DNA from: a virus
Lineage: Duplodnaviria > Caudoviricetes
Length of the DNA stretch: 64,000 nucleotides
Direction: 5' to 3' (one strand)
IMG/VR virus record: IMGVR_UViG_3300025280_000031
Span: 2,003 to 66,002 of that record
Part shown: positions 29,153-39,430 of the stretch, one piece after another
Layout: every line of letters begins with the position of its first letter
How positions within the stretch are numbered: position 1 is the first letter of the stretch
Notes under the pieces: model-generated
The model's input: the letters and a program-made list of their open reading frames with translations, nothing else
Databases searched by the model: none
What the model was told of the DNA's origin: nothing
Program-made: the position numbers and the translations under genes

Positions 29153-29989
29153 TTGTACCGTAATCGGTACATCAACCTCCTCGGCGTGGCCACAATTGTC
29201 ACACTCAAACATGCTCGATAATTCGACATTTGGAGTTATTTCTGCATATGTATCTCGGAGAGATTTAGCATCAATTGCTGGAAGATTATCAATAACTGCA
29301 TTTATTGTAGAAGGTTCACTCATACCATTGACTGAAACAATAATTGTTTTAAATTGATCTGTTAACAATGATTCTTGTAGTTTGAGTTTCTTTTTTCTAG
29401 TTGCCATGTTCAAAAGTTTTGTTTCATCTTTGCCTGTTAGCAGCTTAGTTTCAACAGTTATTTCAGTTAATGGAAGTTTGATAAGAAACGTCCCATTGTC
29501 TGTCAACTCTGCTCCAAGTTCTTTATGATTATCTGCATAATCTATCTTTAGGGCCTCATTTAAATCAAAAACATGCTCAGAATTATCTCCACAAGCTGGA
29601 CAATCAATTCTAGATCCATATTCCGGCCCATAACCTGTTACTCTCGCAGCAACAGTAATTGCATTTTTATCACCAAGCAATAGATCTTGTGTTCGAACTT
29701 TTTTATCAAGAAGAACATTCTGAATTAATTTATCAATGACAATTCCTTTTTTAATCAATGACTGCGAAGATAAAATATCTTCATCCTTTGCAGTCATATA
29801 ACGAATTTCAACTGATTCTTCGCCACATAAAGGGTGCCCTTCTGGATAATATCTTCCTCTGGATGGAAGATCTACAAACTCGGTAGGAGTTACAAAGGAA
29901 AGTGGGCTTTCATGCATTTCTTGCGGACTCAAATCTGAATCCTGGACTTCGACTCCCCCGAGCCTGTCCTGATTATTTCTAGTTGACAT
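29135..29989 (-). CDS. gp26-like baseplate hub assembly / tail assembly chaperone
   Basis: LPSRG..Y, MTAKDEDIL, CPACG and CDNCG Zn motifs, C-terminal FFWP. Confidence 0.8.
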   Translation of the reverse strand: MSTRNNQDRLGGVEVQDSDLSPQEMHESPLSFVTPTEFVDLPSRGRYYPEGHPLCGEESVEIRYMTAKDEDILSSQSLIKKGIVIDKLIQNVLLDKKVRTQDLLLGDKNAITVAARVTGYGPEYGSRIDCPACGDNSEHVFDLNEALKIDYADNHKELGAELTDNGTFLIKLPLTEITVETKLLTGKDETKLLNMATRKKKLKLQESLLTDQFKTIIVSVNGMSEPSTINAVIDNLPAIDAKSLRDTYAEITPNVELSSMFECDNCGHAEEVDVPITVQFFWPK

Positions 29990-30009
29990 ATTAACCTCTT
30001 TAGTATTAT

Positions 30010-30038
30010 ATTATAATGTCATTTCAATTAAATGTTAA
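30010..30038 (-). promoter_or_regulatory. possible sigma70-type promoter TTAACA-17-TATAAT
   Basis: upstream of the chaperone gene; one mismatch at -35. Confidence 0.45.
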
Positions 30039-30589
30039 GCTGTGCCCGTATCAAAAGTGGCATAGTCGTAACGAATTGTCACATTTATCTCGACCATTGC
30101 GTCAGACTCATAATCAAGTGAGCCAAATTCAACGCTAATGATCCAAGGATTCCAAAGAGAGAACTGATCAACTACTTCATTATCGGGGCTGAATTGTCTA
30201 AGTGTGATAATATTGCCAAGAGCTTTAACGCTTAAATCTTTTGACAAAGTGTTAACCCCAATTGGCCCATCGGGAACATTATATCCAGATTTAGTAAGAG
30301 CATCATATAGTATTCTTGAGACGTCAGGATCAACTGGATCTACAAGAGTGAAAGTTGTTTGCTGCCACTCAACAATACCCGGAAAATAAAATCTATGACC
30401 ATAAAAAGTGTGAGGAGTTTCAGTAACATTAAATTGAGGTTTTGTTACCTTCTTGACAACATAAGTAGGAATTCCAATTGTTGATTGTTTTGCCCCCGGA
30501 GCGATTTTCGGTTCTCCACCAACATATAACAGCCACCTATGCTGTCTTTTTGGTTCTAAGCTCGATTGATTCCAAAATTTTTCTGCCAT
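30035..30589 (-). CDS. tail tube protein (gp19-like)
   Basis: EPKRQHRW, FPG..EW, FGSLDY, VTIRYDYA; follows the sheath gene. Confidence 0.85.
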   Translation of the reverse strand: MAEKFWNQSSLEPKRQHRWLLYVGGEPKIAPGAKQSTIGIPTYVVKKVTKPQFNVTETPHTFYGHRFYFPGIVEWQQTTFTLVDPVDPDVSRILYDALTKSGYNVPDGPIGVNTLSKDLSVKALGNIITLRQFSPDNEVVDQFSLWNPWIISVEFGSLDYESDAMVEINVTIRYDYATFDTGTA

Positions 30590-30611
30590 ATTTTTATTAT
30601 CTCCTCAATAT

Positions 30612-30619
30612 TAAATAGT
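30612..30619 (-). promoter_or_regulatory. putative late-promoter motif ACTATTTA
   Basis: upstream of tail tube. Confidence 0.55.
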
Positions 30620-30641
30620 AAGTTCTATGAAAATCCTTTTA

Positions 30642-33600
30642 TTAATCTTCAAAAGATGCTCCAGAATCTGTAATAATGAAATCAAGAGCAATGAATTCAA
30701 TGGCTCGAGCAGGTTTCAAGAAAATCTTGGCATACATTATATTTCTATCAATTAAGTCTGGAGTAGTAGTTGTCTCATCGAGAACAACTTTATAGTCAAC
30801 AAGGCCCAATTGGCTCTTTACGCCACTAAGGAAACTCTTAACTCTGCTGCTAAAGTTTAACCAAGTTGCCTGAACATTTTGTTCGAATAACGTTGTCGCT
30901 GCAATTCTTGAAACTTCCTTCTTGAGAAAGATAAGAAGACGACGAACATTAATTCTATCAAGAGCAGAAGGCGTTATTTGAAGAGTTTTTTGACCAAATA
31001 CTACAATTCCTTCTGCTGGGAAAGTAGCAATTGGATTAATATTTGCCTCATAAAGTTTATCTCTGTCTTCAGATGTAAGTTTGTGAGTCACGCCAACAAC
31101 ATTCAAGCCTGCGCCTCCATCTGAAAGGCCACCTCGAGTGAACCCTGCAGGAGCAAACCATGGAGCGCGTGCCGCATCACTAAATGACATTGCCCCAAGC
31201 GCCACAACAGAGGGCGGAATTTTGAGAATAACAGCTGAACTTTCATCTCTAATTTGAACCCATGGATAATACGTACAACCATAGCTTGAATTAATTTCTC
31301 TATTTTCAAGATTGGTGCGAACAGTGTCAATATTCTGATTATCAATACGAGTTATTTCTGTTGAATTATTTTCTGTATTTGGCTGATACATGCCAGTTCC
31401 AGTCCCATTGTTCTCGAGATCAATAATTGCAAGGGCGTCGCCGCGATCTTCACACTGATCTACAAGAAGTTTTGTAAGAGTTGCATTTGACATACCGGGA
31501 ACTGTAGCAATATTATATTCTATCATGTCTGCGTCTCTAATTGATTGGATTGCTCTCTTGACAGTGTTATATGTATAATTGCCAAGCTCTGTAGCATCAT
31601 CAAGTTTTTCATTTCGAAGTGGTTCTTTTTCTGTAATATCGAAACCATCAAATCCGCCGTGAAAAAGAGTTGTAAAGCGATTCCACTTTTTCTCGTTAAC
31701 AAGTTTCTTAGCACTGTTTTCAGCGGTATAACTTGTTCCAGCTACGCGGCTTCCAGATTCATAAGCAACTCCAAGAGCCGCGCCTTCGTCTTTAAGATCG
31801 TCAAGAGAGAAAACCCATGAAACATTAGTATGGGTCGAACCGTCTCTTGCGCTATCCAGTTCGGCTGGCATCGCGCGAACGACGTCTAGAATGCTGTCGT
31901 CAAAGATTCTAGATCCTGATCTTTCAGTCCTAACTCCCCAGTAAGCTTTTCTTGGATCATCAATATCTCCGGTCAAAGAAGAACTTCTTAAAGCAAGTTC
32001 CGGGAAATGGAAAGAAGAGGACATTGCCGCTTTCGCGACGCCATGCGTGACGTAGCCCGTAGCGGCGCCGCGTGTGCCTGCGCCGACTGTAACATTCATA
32101 GAAGATGTAAACAAAACAGTAGTAGCGACTGGAATACCAACTTTTTCATCTCCAACAATCATATGATATTGAGTTAAGTTCGCGTCGTCGGAGTCTTTAT
32201 CATATTCTGCTGGCGCGCCGGTGAGCGCACTACCGGTAACAGTTAATGCATTGTAAAAGCGATAAGGCCCAAAGACGCCAAAAGGAGCAAGACCTTCGCC
32301 AACTGAGCCGAGATCAACGCTTTCGTCCATGTCTACACGAATATATTTTGATATATTTGCATATTCGCCATATTCTCTATATCTTTCCTCAGTGGTGTTC
32401 CATTTATAATATTTGTCACCAATTCTTCTTTTAATATAATTTTGAGAATTAGGATTAAGATTTAAACCTTTGAACACTTCAATAACCTGTGTAGAAGCAT
32501 CTCGATCTCTAAGGTGCCTAATCACAACTGAAAATGTCGTATATTTATTATATTTGTCTGTTGGAAATTTAATATCTTCAATAGCAATTTTAATGTTATT
32601 TTGTGTCCACTCGCCCTGATCGAGAGAAATGAAGCGGAAAAGCTTTTGTGTTGCTTCAATATCGTAGTTGGATTTATCTCCAGTATCTTGAGAAATATAC
32701 CAACCTGTGTAAGCATTCTTTCTTCCGTAACGGAAATCTGCACCATCTTTTGGAGTATCCTCGCGAGATCTTAAGCCCATAAGCAATCCGTGAGTTACCT
32801 TGCTCCAACCCCCAATCTTATCTTCTACCCAACCTTCATATGATTCACCAAGAAAATATCCTTTGCTTGCAGTTACTGTAATCGCTGTATTTGTCAAAGT
32901 TGGATTTGTGTTGAAAACTTTTCGAATGAAAGAATCAGAGCCGCGAGTAAAATTAAAATCTATTTTTGTGGCGCCTGAATCTTCTTCAGTTCCTGTTGCT
33001 GCACTAGCTGATGCGATATTGTCCGGAGTTCCGATAAGAATCGAAAGAGTTCCGTTTGAACTTGTTCCAATTGTTGCTGCTTGCGAAGCGGTAGTTTGTG
33101 TCGGCACGACATTATCAAAATCAAACGTTCCAGAAAGGGCAATTGTCGTGTCGGCATTACAATAAAATATAGCACCCAGCGCGCCGGTGGCGTAGGTATC
33201 GCACTCCCCCGTCGTCTCAATTTGTTGAGAACCATCGAAAAGCCAAAGGGCATAAGCGCCGCCGCCGTTATTTCCAAAAGTTGTACCATTATTCAGTACG
33301 GCGTCGGTGTCCCTCGAGGATTGATTTTGAATCAAGTTAACAATACCGCTTGTTTGAGCGGTGCTGCTATTTGCACCCCAGCCAGCTTCACCGGTGCCTG
33401 CCGTGGCGCTAGTATGTTGTTCGCCCAAAAGTCTAACAAATGTAAGAGGGCTGTTGTTTGCAAGCCAAGCCTTTGCAGCATAAGAAGCGTAAGTTGGTGC
33501 GAGTCTATTTCCATCTCTAAAAACATCCCCTTGTTGAACGCCGGGAACCGGTTCTCCAAAAATTTCAACAAATTCAGCATAAGAACGAACTTTAATTGGA

Positions 33601-33734
33601 GTTCCCGCAGGACCCTTTTCAGAACGTCCGATAACCAATGGACCAATTGTCCCCGGCTCCACATCAAGAATTGACTTATCAATTTCATTAATGAAGATTC
33701 CGGGTGATACAAATTTAAACTTCTTTACAGACAT
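30642..33734 (-). CDS. contractile tail sheath protein (gp18-like)
   Basis: SPGIFINEID, YYPW, WFAPAGFTRG, INPI, GQKTLQ, LDRINVRRLL, PARAIEFI. Confidence 0.95.
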   Translation of the reverse strand: MSVKKFKFVSPGIFINEIDKSILDVEPGTIGPLVIGRSEKGPAGTPIKVRSYAEFVEIFGEPVPGVQQGDVFRDGNRLAPTYASYAAKAWLANNSPLTFVRLLGEQHTSATAGTGEAGWGANSSTAQTSGIVNLIQNQSSRDTDAVLNNGTTFGNNGGGAYALWLFDGSQQIETTGECDTYATGALGAIFYCNADTTIALSGTFDFDNVVPTQTTASQAATIGTSSNGTLSILIGTPDNIASASAATGTEEDSGATKIDFNFTRGSDSFIRKVFNTNPTLTNTAITVTASKGYFLGESYEGWVEDKIGGWSKVTHGLLMGLRSREDTPKDGADFRYGRKNAYTGWYISQDTGDKSNYDIEATQKLFRFISLDQGEWTQNNIKIAIEDIKFPTDKYNKYTTFSVVIRHLRDRDASTQVIEVFKGLNLNPNSQNYIKRRIGDKYYKWNTTEERYREYGEYANISKYIRVDMDESVDLGSVGEGLAPFGVFGPYRFYNALTVTGSALTGAPAEYDKDSDDANLTQYHMIVGDEKVGIPVATTVLFTSSMNVTVGAGTRGAATGYVTHGVAKAAMSSSFHFPELALRSSSLTGDIDDPRKAYWGVRTERSGSRIFDDSILDVVRAMPAELDSARDGSTHTNVSWVFSLDDLKDEGAALGVAYESGSRVAGTSYTAENSAKKLVNEKKWNRFTTLFHGGFDGFDITEKEPLRNEKLDDATELGNYTYNTVKRAIQSIRDADMIEYNIATVPGMSNATLTKLLVDQCEDRGDALAIIDLENNGTGTGMYQPNTENNSTEITRIDNQNIDTVRTNLENREINSSYGCTYYPWVQIRDESSAVILKIPPSVVALGAMSFSDAARAPWFAPAGFTRGGLSDGGAGLNVVGVTHKLTSEDRDKLYEANINPIATFPAEGIVVFGQKTLQITPSALDRINVRRLLIFLKKEVSRIAATTLFEQNVQATWLNFSSRVKSFLSGVKSQLGLVDYKVVLDETTTTPDLIDRNIMYAKIFLKPARAIEFIALDFIITDSGASFED

Positions 33735-33777
33735 ACTTCGTTCTCCTATGTGGCAGATATGATAGTGATTTCTTTAA

Positions 33778-33785
33778 TAAATAGT
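33778..33785 (-). promoter_or_regulatory. putative late-promoter motif ACTATTTA
   Basis: upstream of sheath. Confidence 0.55.
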
Positions 33786-33809
33786 AATTCATTCCCTGAA
33801 AATCCATTA

Positions 33810-34673
33810 TTAACTTTTATAAAATGCATCATCATCGCTGTCCGGTTCGTCTCCCATAATAACCCTTTCTCTTGGTATTTTAATACTAACTGCATTCTCA
33901 CGAACAACAATTTTTGGTTGGTCTTGATTTATGTCCTCGCCAATTAGATGCCCTAAAACTTTAATATTGATAGTTGTTTGATACATTTTTTCTGCCTCTT
34001 CTAAAGAAGAGATGTTGTTCTCTTGTGCGAATTCTTGTTCAATGAATGCCTCATAAGTGTGGCCATCTTTTTTAAATACAAAATAATTAATTCCACCAGT
34101 ATTGGTTATGAATGGGGTAATTAAGTCATTCATTTGTTGTTGATATTCTGTCCTCAACGTTATTGAATAATTTATTGTTACATAGACAGGCATCGGAACC
34201 GACACTGTTTGATAAACAACTTTTTTGTTTTTGAATGGATAGTTCAGTTGACCAAATAAGCGATAAGTGTCCGCTGATGCAAAAATATTTGTTTTATCTT
34301 GTTTAATTCTTCTCGCTATAACAACTGAGCCACCTTTCACATCCTTATTCGGAGGAATGTTAGCAAAAAATATACCTTTATTTGCTGGATTTTTTTCAAT
34401 AGAGGACCTTTCAATTGTCATAATTGGTAATATTAGTGAACCATTTTTATCTCTTAAGTTTTGATCATTTTTAATCTGATAAGATCTTTCGGCTGTCATC
34501 CACAATACAGGAACTTTTTCAAATCCATTTCTTGTTGTTGTGTGGACATCAAGTTCTTTTTTAACGTGCTGAAAGAACGCCTCATCGATTGTTTCTAAAG
34601 TTGATGGCATCACCACTATTTCTTCAATAACGTTTGTGTCTTCAACTCCTGTATGGTCATATTTAGGTGGCAT
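33810..34673 (-). CDS. tail terminator/completion protein (gp15-like)
   Basis: position between neck and sheath; P.PV...Y.I...Y...MN motif; start reassigned to MPPKYD. Confidence 0.65.
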   Translation of the reverse strand: MPPKYDHTGVEDTNVIEEIVVMPSTLETIDEAFFQHVKKELDVHTTTRNGFEKVPVLWMTAERSYQIKNDQNLRDKNGSLILPIMTIERSSIEKNPANKGIFFANIPPNKDVKGGSVVIARRIKQDKTNIFASADTYRLFGQLNYPFKNKKVVYQTVSVPMPVYVTINYSITLRTEYQQQMNDLITPFITNTGGINYFVFKKDGHTYEAFIEQEFAQENNISSLEEAEKMYQTTINIKVLGHLIGEDINQDQPKIVVRENAVSIKIPRERVIMGDEPDSDDDAFYKS

Positions 34674-35148
34674 CGAATAATCCCTCGCGGGCGCGGATAC
34701 ATTTAGCTGAAATTTCAAAACGATGATCGATCTGTCCAAATAGTTGTTTGGGTTCGCTCAAAGAAACAATTTCAAAATGAATATCTCCATATAAAACAAA
34801 GTCTCCAACACGGACAACAAGATCTTGATCCTCAGTTAATCTTCTTTTATGAAAATGAATTATTATAGATGCATTTTTATCAATTGCGACCTTGTTCATA
34901 AACTCTGTTTGCATCCCCTCCCACTCAACTAAAGCGTAAACACGAACTGGTGGGAGGAAAGTTTTATTAATTGCCTCTCCATAAGTTGAATGGAAATTTG
35001 TATGATCCAAACTAATAGGATAATATAATACTTGTTGACCAATGACGCGTTCAATTAATTCGTCATTAACTTGTTTAACCAGATCCCTTTCTTTCTTTCC
35101 AATAAAAAGTGGTGGCGGTGGCTGTGTTGGCTGTTCCCATCTAGACAT
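34663..35148 (-). CDS. neck/head-closure protein (gp14-like)
   Basis: GQ.V.YY...YGE...K.F, VGDFV; synteny. Confidence 0.65.
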   Translation of the reverse strand: MSRWEQPTQPPPPLFIGKKERDLVKQVNDELIERVIGQQVLYYPISLDHTNFHSTYGEAINKTFLPPVRVYALVEWEGMQTEFMNKVAIDKNASIIIHFHKRRLTEDQDLVVRVGDFVLYGDIHFEIVSLSEPKQLFGQIDHRFEISAKCIRAREGLFDAT

Positions 35149-35155
35149 ATTTTAT

Positions 35156-36469
35156 TTATCCTGTGAAAACAGGAAGAGGTATCCTTTCCTGAACTTTATT
35201 AACAGAATCAGCTATTGCTGCATCTTTTTCTGCCAATTTCGCATAAGTTAATTCGTCTAGAACTGTTTTCAGCTCCTCTCTCAACTTATCCTGTTCTTCT
35301 TTAGATTGAGTAATCAGAGCCTCCCCATTCAAAGAAACTGATTCTCCTGGTATAGGTATGGTGCCAAATTTGCCTCTAATCTGCCCTAAAGTTTCTTTTG
35401 ATAGCGAAAGAGCAAATCTTCTAATCCATTGTTTACCAATCGAATTAATATTTCTATATGGAATATTGGCGAATGGCAAAGTGTTCATATTATTTACACC
35501 ATCTGAACCAATAGAACGATCATCGTCCTCTTCCCACGCGTCTCTTCTGACTGTAAATTTGACCCACATTTTCGAAGGGGCCACTGTAGTTGACGCTGGG
35601 AATAATCTTAATTTATTATTTTTTAATTCAAAAGAATAATGAGAGTTCCTTGTATAAATTGAATCTTCAAACATTTGGGCTTGTTGTTTATTTTGATAGA
35701 CCGGAACAATTTGAAACTGTGAATCATCTGCCCATTGACCGTATGTCTGAAGATTCCCAACTGTATTTAATCCGCCATAATAACCATAAAACCTCCATAT
35801 AGCTTGTGGGGTTTTATAATATACTTGTTTAACTGTGATTTTACTTTTATCTAATTTGTTATAATATGGCAAGTCTGAATTACTTGAATCTATAGAGCCG
35901 GAATAGATAATAGTTTGTAAATCATAATCCTGCTTTTTATCTTCAGTATCAAACGAAGCTGAATATTCTATTTCGTCTCCACCGACTCCTACTGCGGCCC
36001 CGACTCCTAATCCAACTCTTTTTGCATATTCAAATCTCACACTTGGATATTTGAGGGCAACTTCTTCAGCGTCAGGACCAGTTCCTAAACTAGAAGTTAA
36101 AACTCCCTCGCCAACAAGAAGTCCATCGTGATCAAAAGTTCCAGTTGTGTTTCCAAGCATATCGCCTAACACGTTTTTTGCTTGATGTATATTGACAATA
36201 TATGAGTATTCTAAAACAGACTCCTCATAAGAGGCAAATACATTTTCTTTAGTTATTTCTATATCTAATACGTCTCCGCCAAGTTTTTTATATGTATAAG
36301 CAACCTGATCAACCGCACCGGTTATAAAATCATCTGAATATAATACAGAGTCTGTATCATTATATATGTTAAATGGTAAAGTTGTTGTCGTGATATCTGA
36401 CAAACTTGCCGTCGCTGGGAGCGTAATTGCGCTTACAGAACTTGAAGGCGAAAGAGTAGGGACAGCCAT
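35156..36469 (-). CDS. neck/head-tail adaptor protein (gp13-like)
   Basis: KLGGDVLDIEI, WIRRFAL...KE.LG.IRGKF..IP.PG..V.LNG. Confidence 0.78.
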   Translation of the reverse strand: MAVPTLSPSSSVSAITLPATASLSDITTTTLPFNIYNDTDSVLYSDDFITGAVDQVAYTYKKLGGDVLDIEITKENVFASYEESVLEYSYIVNIHQAKNVLGDMLGNTTGTFDHDGLLVGEGVLTSSLGTGPDAEEVALKYPSVRFEYAKRVGLGVGAAVGVGGDEIEYSASFDTEDKKQDYDLQTIIYSGSIDSSNSDLPYYNKLDKSKITVKQVYYKTPQAIWRFYGYYGGLNTVGNLQTYGQWADDSQFQIVPVYQNKQQAQMFEDSIYTRNSHYSFELKNNKLRLFPASTTVAPSKMWVKFTVRRDAWEEDDDRSIGSDGVNNMNTLPFANIPYRNINSIGKQWIRRFALSLSKETLGQIRGKFGTIPIPGESVSLNGEALITQSKEEQDKLREELKTVLDELTYAKLAEKDAAIADSVNKVQERIPLPVFTG

Positions 36470-36493
36470 TCATATACACTCCTATTACTACCT

Positions 36494-36501
36494 TAATTAG
36501 T
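36494..36501 (-). promoter_or_regulatory. putative late-promoter motif ACTAATTA
   Basis: just after the capsid terminator, upstream of the neck gene. Confidence 0.55.
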
Positions 36502-36506
36502 TTTAG

Positions 36507-36550
36507 AAAAAAGAAAACCCCAGTTCAACCGAAGCCAAACTGGGGTTTTC
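36507..36550 (-). terminator. rho-independent terminator after the major capsid gene
   Basis: GAAAACCCCAGTT/AACTGGGGTTTTC 13-bp stem followed by a U-tract. Confidence 0.85.
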
Positions 36551-36572
36551 AATAAAAAGGTTAATTTAAATA

Positions 36573-38345
36573 TTAACCGTGAAGGTCAGCAACTACTACA
36601 AGACCGTACATATCAGGACGTACCATCTTTTTAGCATAGCGAGTCATGACACCCTTACGGGGCACGAAGTCTTCAATACCAAAGATAGTAGGCGTTACCT
36701 GGAGAGGCACGTAAGGAGCATATACATAGCCGCTCTCAAGGAACGAACTACCCTTACGACCAACAAGAACAACGTTCCTGGGGAAGTAAGGATCTACGTA
36801 GATATCCCATTTCTTGCTCAGACTACCAGTTTTGACAGCACCAACTGAGCCTCTGTCGTAATCCCCTGTTACATCAGCGCGGAAGCCGGCTGTGAACTCA
36901 AGGATATTAGCAACCTCAGGGCTGCAAACTACAAAGTTGGCTCCACCACGAAGCGTCTTACGGTGAATCTGAGCGGAAACATCATTGATGGTTTCGCAAA
37001 GAGTCTCATACCATTCAGACACTGTGCCAGTGAAGTCAGCACCAAGAAGACTCTCATTGGAGAGAGTGCTAATTGGAGCGCCAGTTGTGCGATCAAGGAA
37101 TTTACCTGGTCGACGAGACCAATACAAAGTACTAGCAGTGGCACCCTTAACAAGATCCTCGAGAATCTCACGATCAAGTTCTAGAGCAATTTGCTCAGAA
37201 AGAATACCAGTAAGCTCTACTTCGGCATCAAGATTGTGATAGGCGTTAAGGTCTTGACCAAGCTCCGGAGTCCATTTGGCCTTCAGTTTCTTGGTTTGTG
37301 CCGTAACGGAGACACTATCAACTTTGATATCGATCTCAGGGATGCCAGTATCGTTTTCCAGTGCCCATTCGGACTGGCCAACGACGACACCAATGGAGTC
37401 CGCACTTGCTGCAGCTGCAGAACCACCAAAATCATCAGCAGTAGGATACGTAAATGATAATGAGTCATTGGCACCTAGCGCCGTGTTAACAACGCTCGGG
37501 TCATCGGAATCAGATGCGGCATAGAGAAAAACAACTGTTCTGCTTGAACCAGAGAACTGTGTCAAACGACGAACTTGTTTGACACTATTTCCCAGAGTAC
37601 CTGAAGTCGTTGTAATCGTAATCCCTTGAAGATTGTTCTTGTTAACATCGTCAAGGTTACTAATGTCGACTGTTGCAACAGCAATACTAGTTGTTCCTGA
37701 CGTAAAATCAGGATCAAAACGACAAAGCTTATCAAAATCAGCTTGAGTTTGAACATGAAGGCCGGCAAAGGTATCGCCAGAACTTACCTGCGCACCACCG
37801 AAGGTGCCGGAACAAACTGCAGTGATTGTGACATCAGCATTTGAAGCCGTAGGTGAAGAATAACCGTTGTTAAGTGAGTAGGGCCCAAGCTCTACATTAA
37901 CACCGGTCAGGTCAACACCACCAGTAAGTTGTTGACCTAACTTTCCGCCGCCATAAAGTGACATTTCATCGCCATGAGTGGAGAGTGAAAGTCCAAGATG
38001 ATCTTTCAAATTATGCGAAAAGTCTAGAAAGAAAATGAGACCCGAAGGGAGACTCATTGGTTGCACTGACACAAGGTCATTTGCAATAAGAGAGCCGAAT
38101 ACACGGCGTACAATTGGAAACGCAACAGCAGCAAAGCCTTCTACATTACCAGCTTCCATTGAAGAAGCTTCGCGAAGAAGCTCTCTGGCCTGGTTCTCTA
38201 GAAGACGAGACATGCTCTGTCGCGTGGCATCGTTATTGATTCCTTCAAGAAGTCCAGTCTTTTCCCACTTATCAAGTAGAGCAGCACCTTCCTTCTGGAG
38301 GTCACGATTAACCATGCCTTCAGTTAATTTATCTAATACAGACAT
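36573..38345 (-). CDS. major capsid protein (gp23-like)
   Basis: VQPMSLPSGLIF, KLKAKWTPELGQDL, YAPYVPL, PRKGVMTRY. Confidence 0.96.
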   Translation of the reverse strand: MSVLDKLTEGMVNRDLQKEGAALLDKWEKTGLLEGINNDATRQSMSRLLENQARELLREASSMEAGNVEGFAAVAFPIVRRVFGSLIANDLVSVQPMSLPSGLIFFLDFSHNLKDHLGLSLSTHGDEMSLYGGGKLGQQLTGGVDLTGVNVELGPYSLNNGYSSPTASNADVTITAVCSGTFGGAQVSSGDTFAGLHVQTQADFDKLCRFDPDFTSGTTSIAVATVDISNLDDVNKNNLQGITITTTSGTLGNSVKQVRRLTQFSGSSRTVVFLYAASDSDDPSVVNTALGANDSLSFTYPTADDFGGSAAAASADSIGVVVGQSEWALENDTGIPEIDIKVDSVSVTAQTKKLKAKWTPELGQDLNAYHNLDAEVELTGILSEQIALELDREILEDLVKGATASTLYWSRRPGKFLDRTTGAPISTLSNESLLGADFTGTVSEWYETLCETINDVSAQIHRKTLRGGANFVVCSPEVANILEFTAGFRADVTGDYDRGSVGAVKTGSLSKKWDIYVDPYFPRNVVLVGRKGSSFLESGYVYAPYVPLQVTPTIFGIEDFVPRKGVMTRYAKKMVRPDMYGLVVVADLHG

Positions 38346-38366
38346 TTTTTAAATCCTCCTTATAAA

Positions 38367-39359
38367 TTATTTAATACCTGCTAAAGTCTTCCACCTATCT
38401 CTATGTGGATTACTTTTGTTTTCCTCTTTTCTATGAGGAATAGTTGTTGAAGAATTTCGTTTAACGGCTTCGCTCAGTGATTGCGGAGTGCGCTTTCGCG
38501 AACTTCCCACTGCGCTTTGAAGAGTCTCGTAAATAACTCTGGCTTCTTCAACTGAATCGACATTAGACAGGGTTTCGACAATTTTAGTTTTTTGCCGCTC
38601 ATTCAGGGAGGTGCTACCCAATACACGATTCGTGTACAACAACTTGGCATTTGAAAGGTTTACTTCTTCAAGTTTTTCTTTCACCTGCACAAGCATGTTC
38701 TTATATTTTTTGTTTTGCTCACGAAGTTTTTTATTGTTTTCTTTAAGTTTTTTAACAGATTTTTCGAGTTCTTTTTTCTTTTCATCTTCTTCTAATTCTT
38801 CAGCTTCGTCTTGAGCGTCTTGAGCTAATGCAATTTCTGCATTTTCTCTATCAAGTGCTTTATTTGAGGCGCCGCCCAATTGGCCCGACGGGACATTCTT
38901 CACATCAACAGTTAATTTTTCAATAATAGAAGCAAGCTGCTCTTCCGTAAGTTCAACTTCGTCATCCGCCTCTGTCAATTCTTCAGATTCTTCTTCGGAT
39001 TCTTCTTCTAGAGTTTGCTCATCGCTGTCTATTTCTTTTTGTAGCTCTTCAGCAAGTTTATCTAGATCAATGTCAACTTCTTGATCTTCATCAATTTCTT
39101 CTTTCTGATAATGTGCGTGTGGAACATCTTTAAATTGATCTTCTTCTTCTTCTAAAGGCTCTTCTAAAGGCTCTTCTAAAGGCTCTTCTAGCGCTAAATC
39201 ATCCGGAGCGACTTCATCTTGTTCCAAGAGGGAATCAATCGTTTCTTTAACTTCAGTAGAATATTTTTCAAGAATAGAAGATTCAGCGCTTCTCAGAGCT
39301 GTTTCTCTCAAAGCATCTGCATCAACAATTGCTTGCTCCAACATACTAGTATTTGACAT
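38367..39359 (-). CDS. prohead core scaffold protein (gp22-like)
   Basis: acidic coiled-coil ORF immediately upstream of the capsid gene, rich in L/I-x-E sites. Confidence 0.8.
   Translation of the reverse strand: MSNTSMLEQAIVDADALRETALRSAESSILEKYSTEVKETIDSLLEQDEVAPDDLALEEPLEEPLEEPLEEEEDQFKDVPHAHYQKEEIDEDQEVDIDLDKLAEELQKEIDSDEQTLEEESEEESEELTEADDEVELTEEQLASIIEKLTVDVKNVPSGQLGGASNKALDRENAEIALAQDAQDEAEELEEDEKKKELEKSVKKLKENNKKLREQNKKYKNMLVQVKEKLEEVNLSNAKLLYTNRVLGSTSLNERQKTKIVETLSNVDSVEEARVIYETLQSAVGSSRKRTPQSLSEAVKRNSSTTIPHRKEENKSNPHRDRWKTLAGIK
39149..39190. repeat. 12-bp tandem repeat CTTCTAAAGGCT x3.5 (LEEP repeats)
   Basis: seen directly. Confidence 0.85.
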
Positions 39360-39386
39360 ATTTAGTCTCCTGATACGTATCTAAGA

Positions 39387-39394
39387 TAAATAGT
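39387..39394 (-). promoter_or_regulatory. putative late-promoter motif ACTATTTA
   Basis: upstream of the scaffold-capsid unit. Confidence 0.55.
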
Positions 39395-39430
39395 AACATA
39401 ATCGTTTAAATGCCATATTATAATGCGGTT

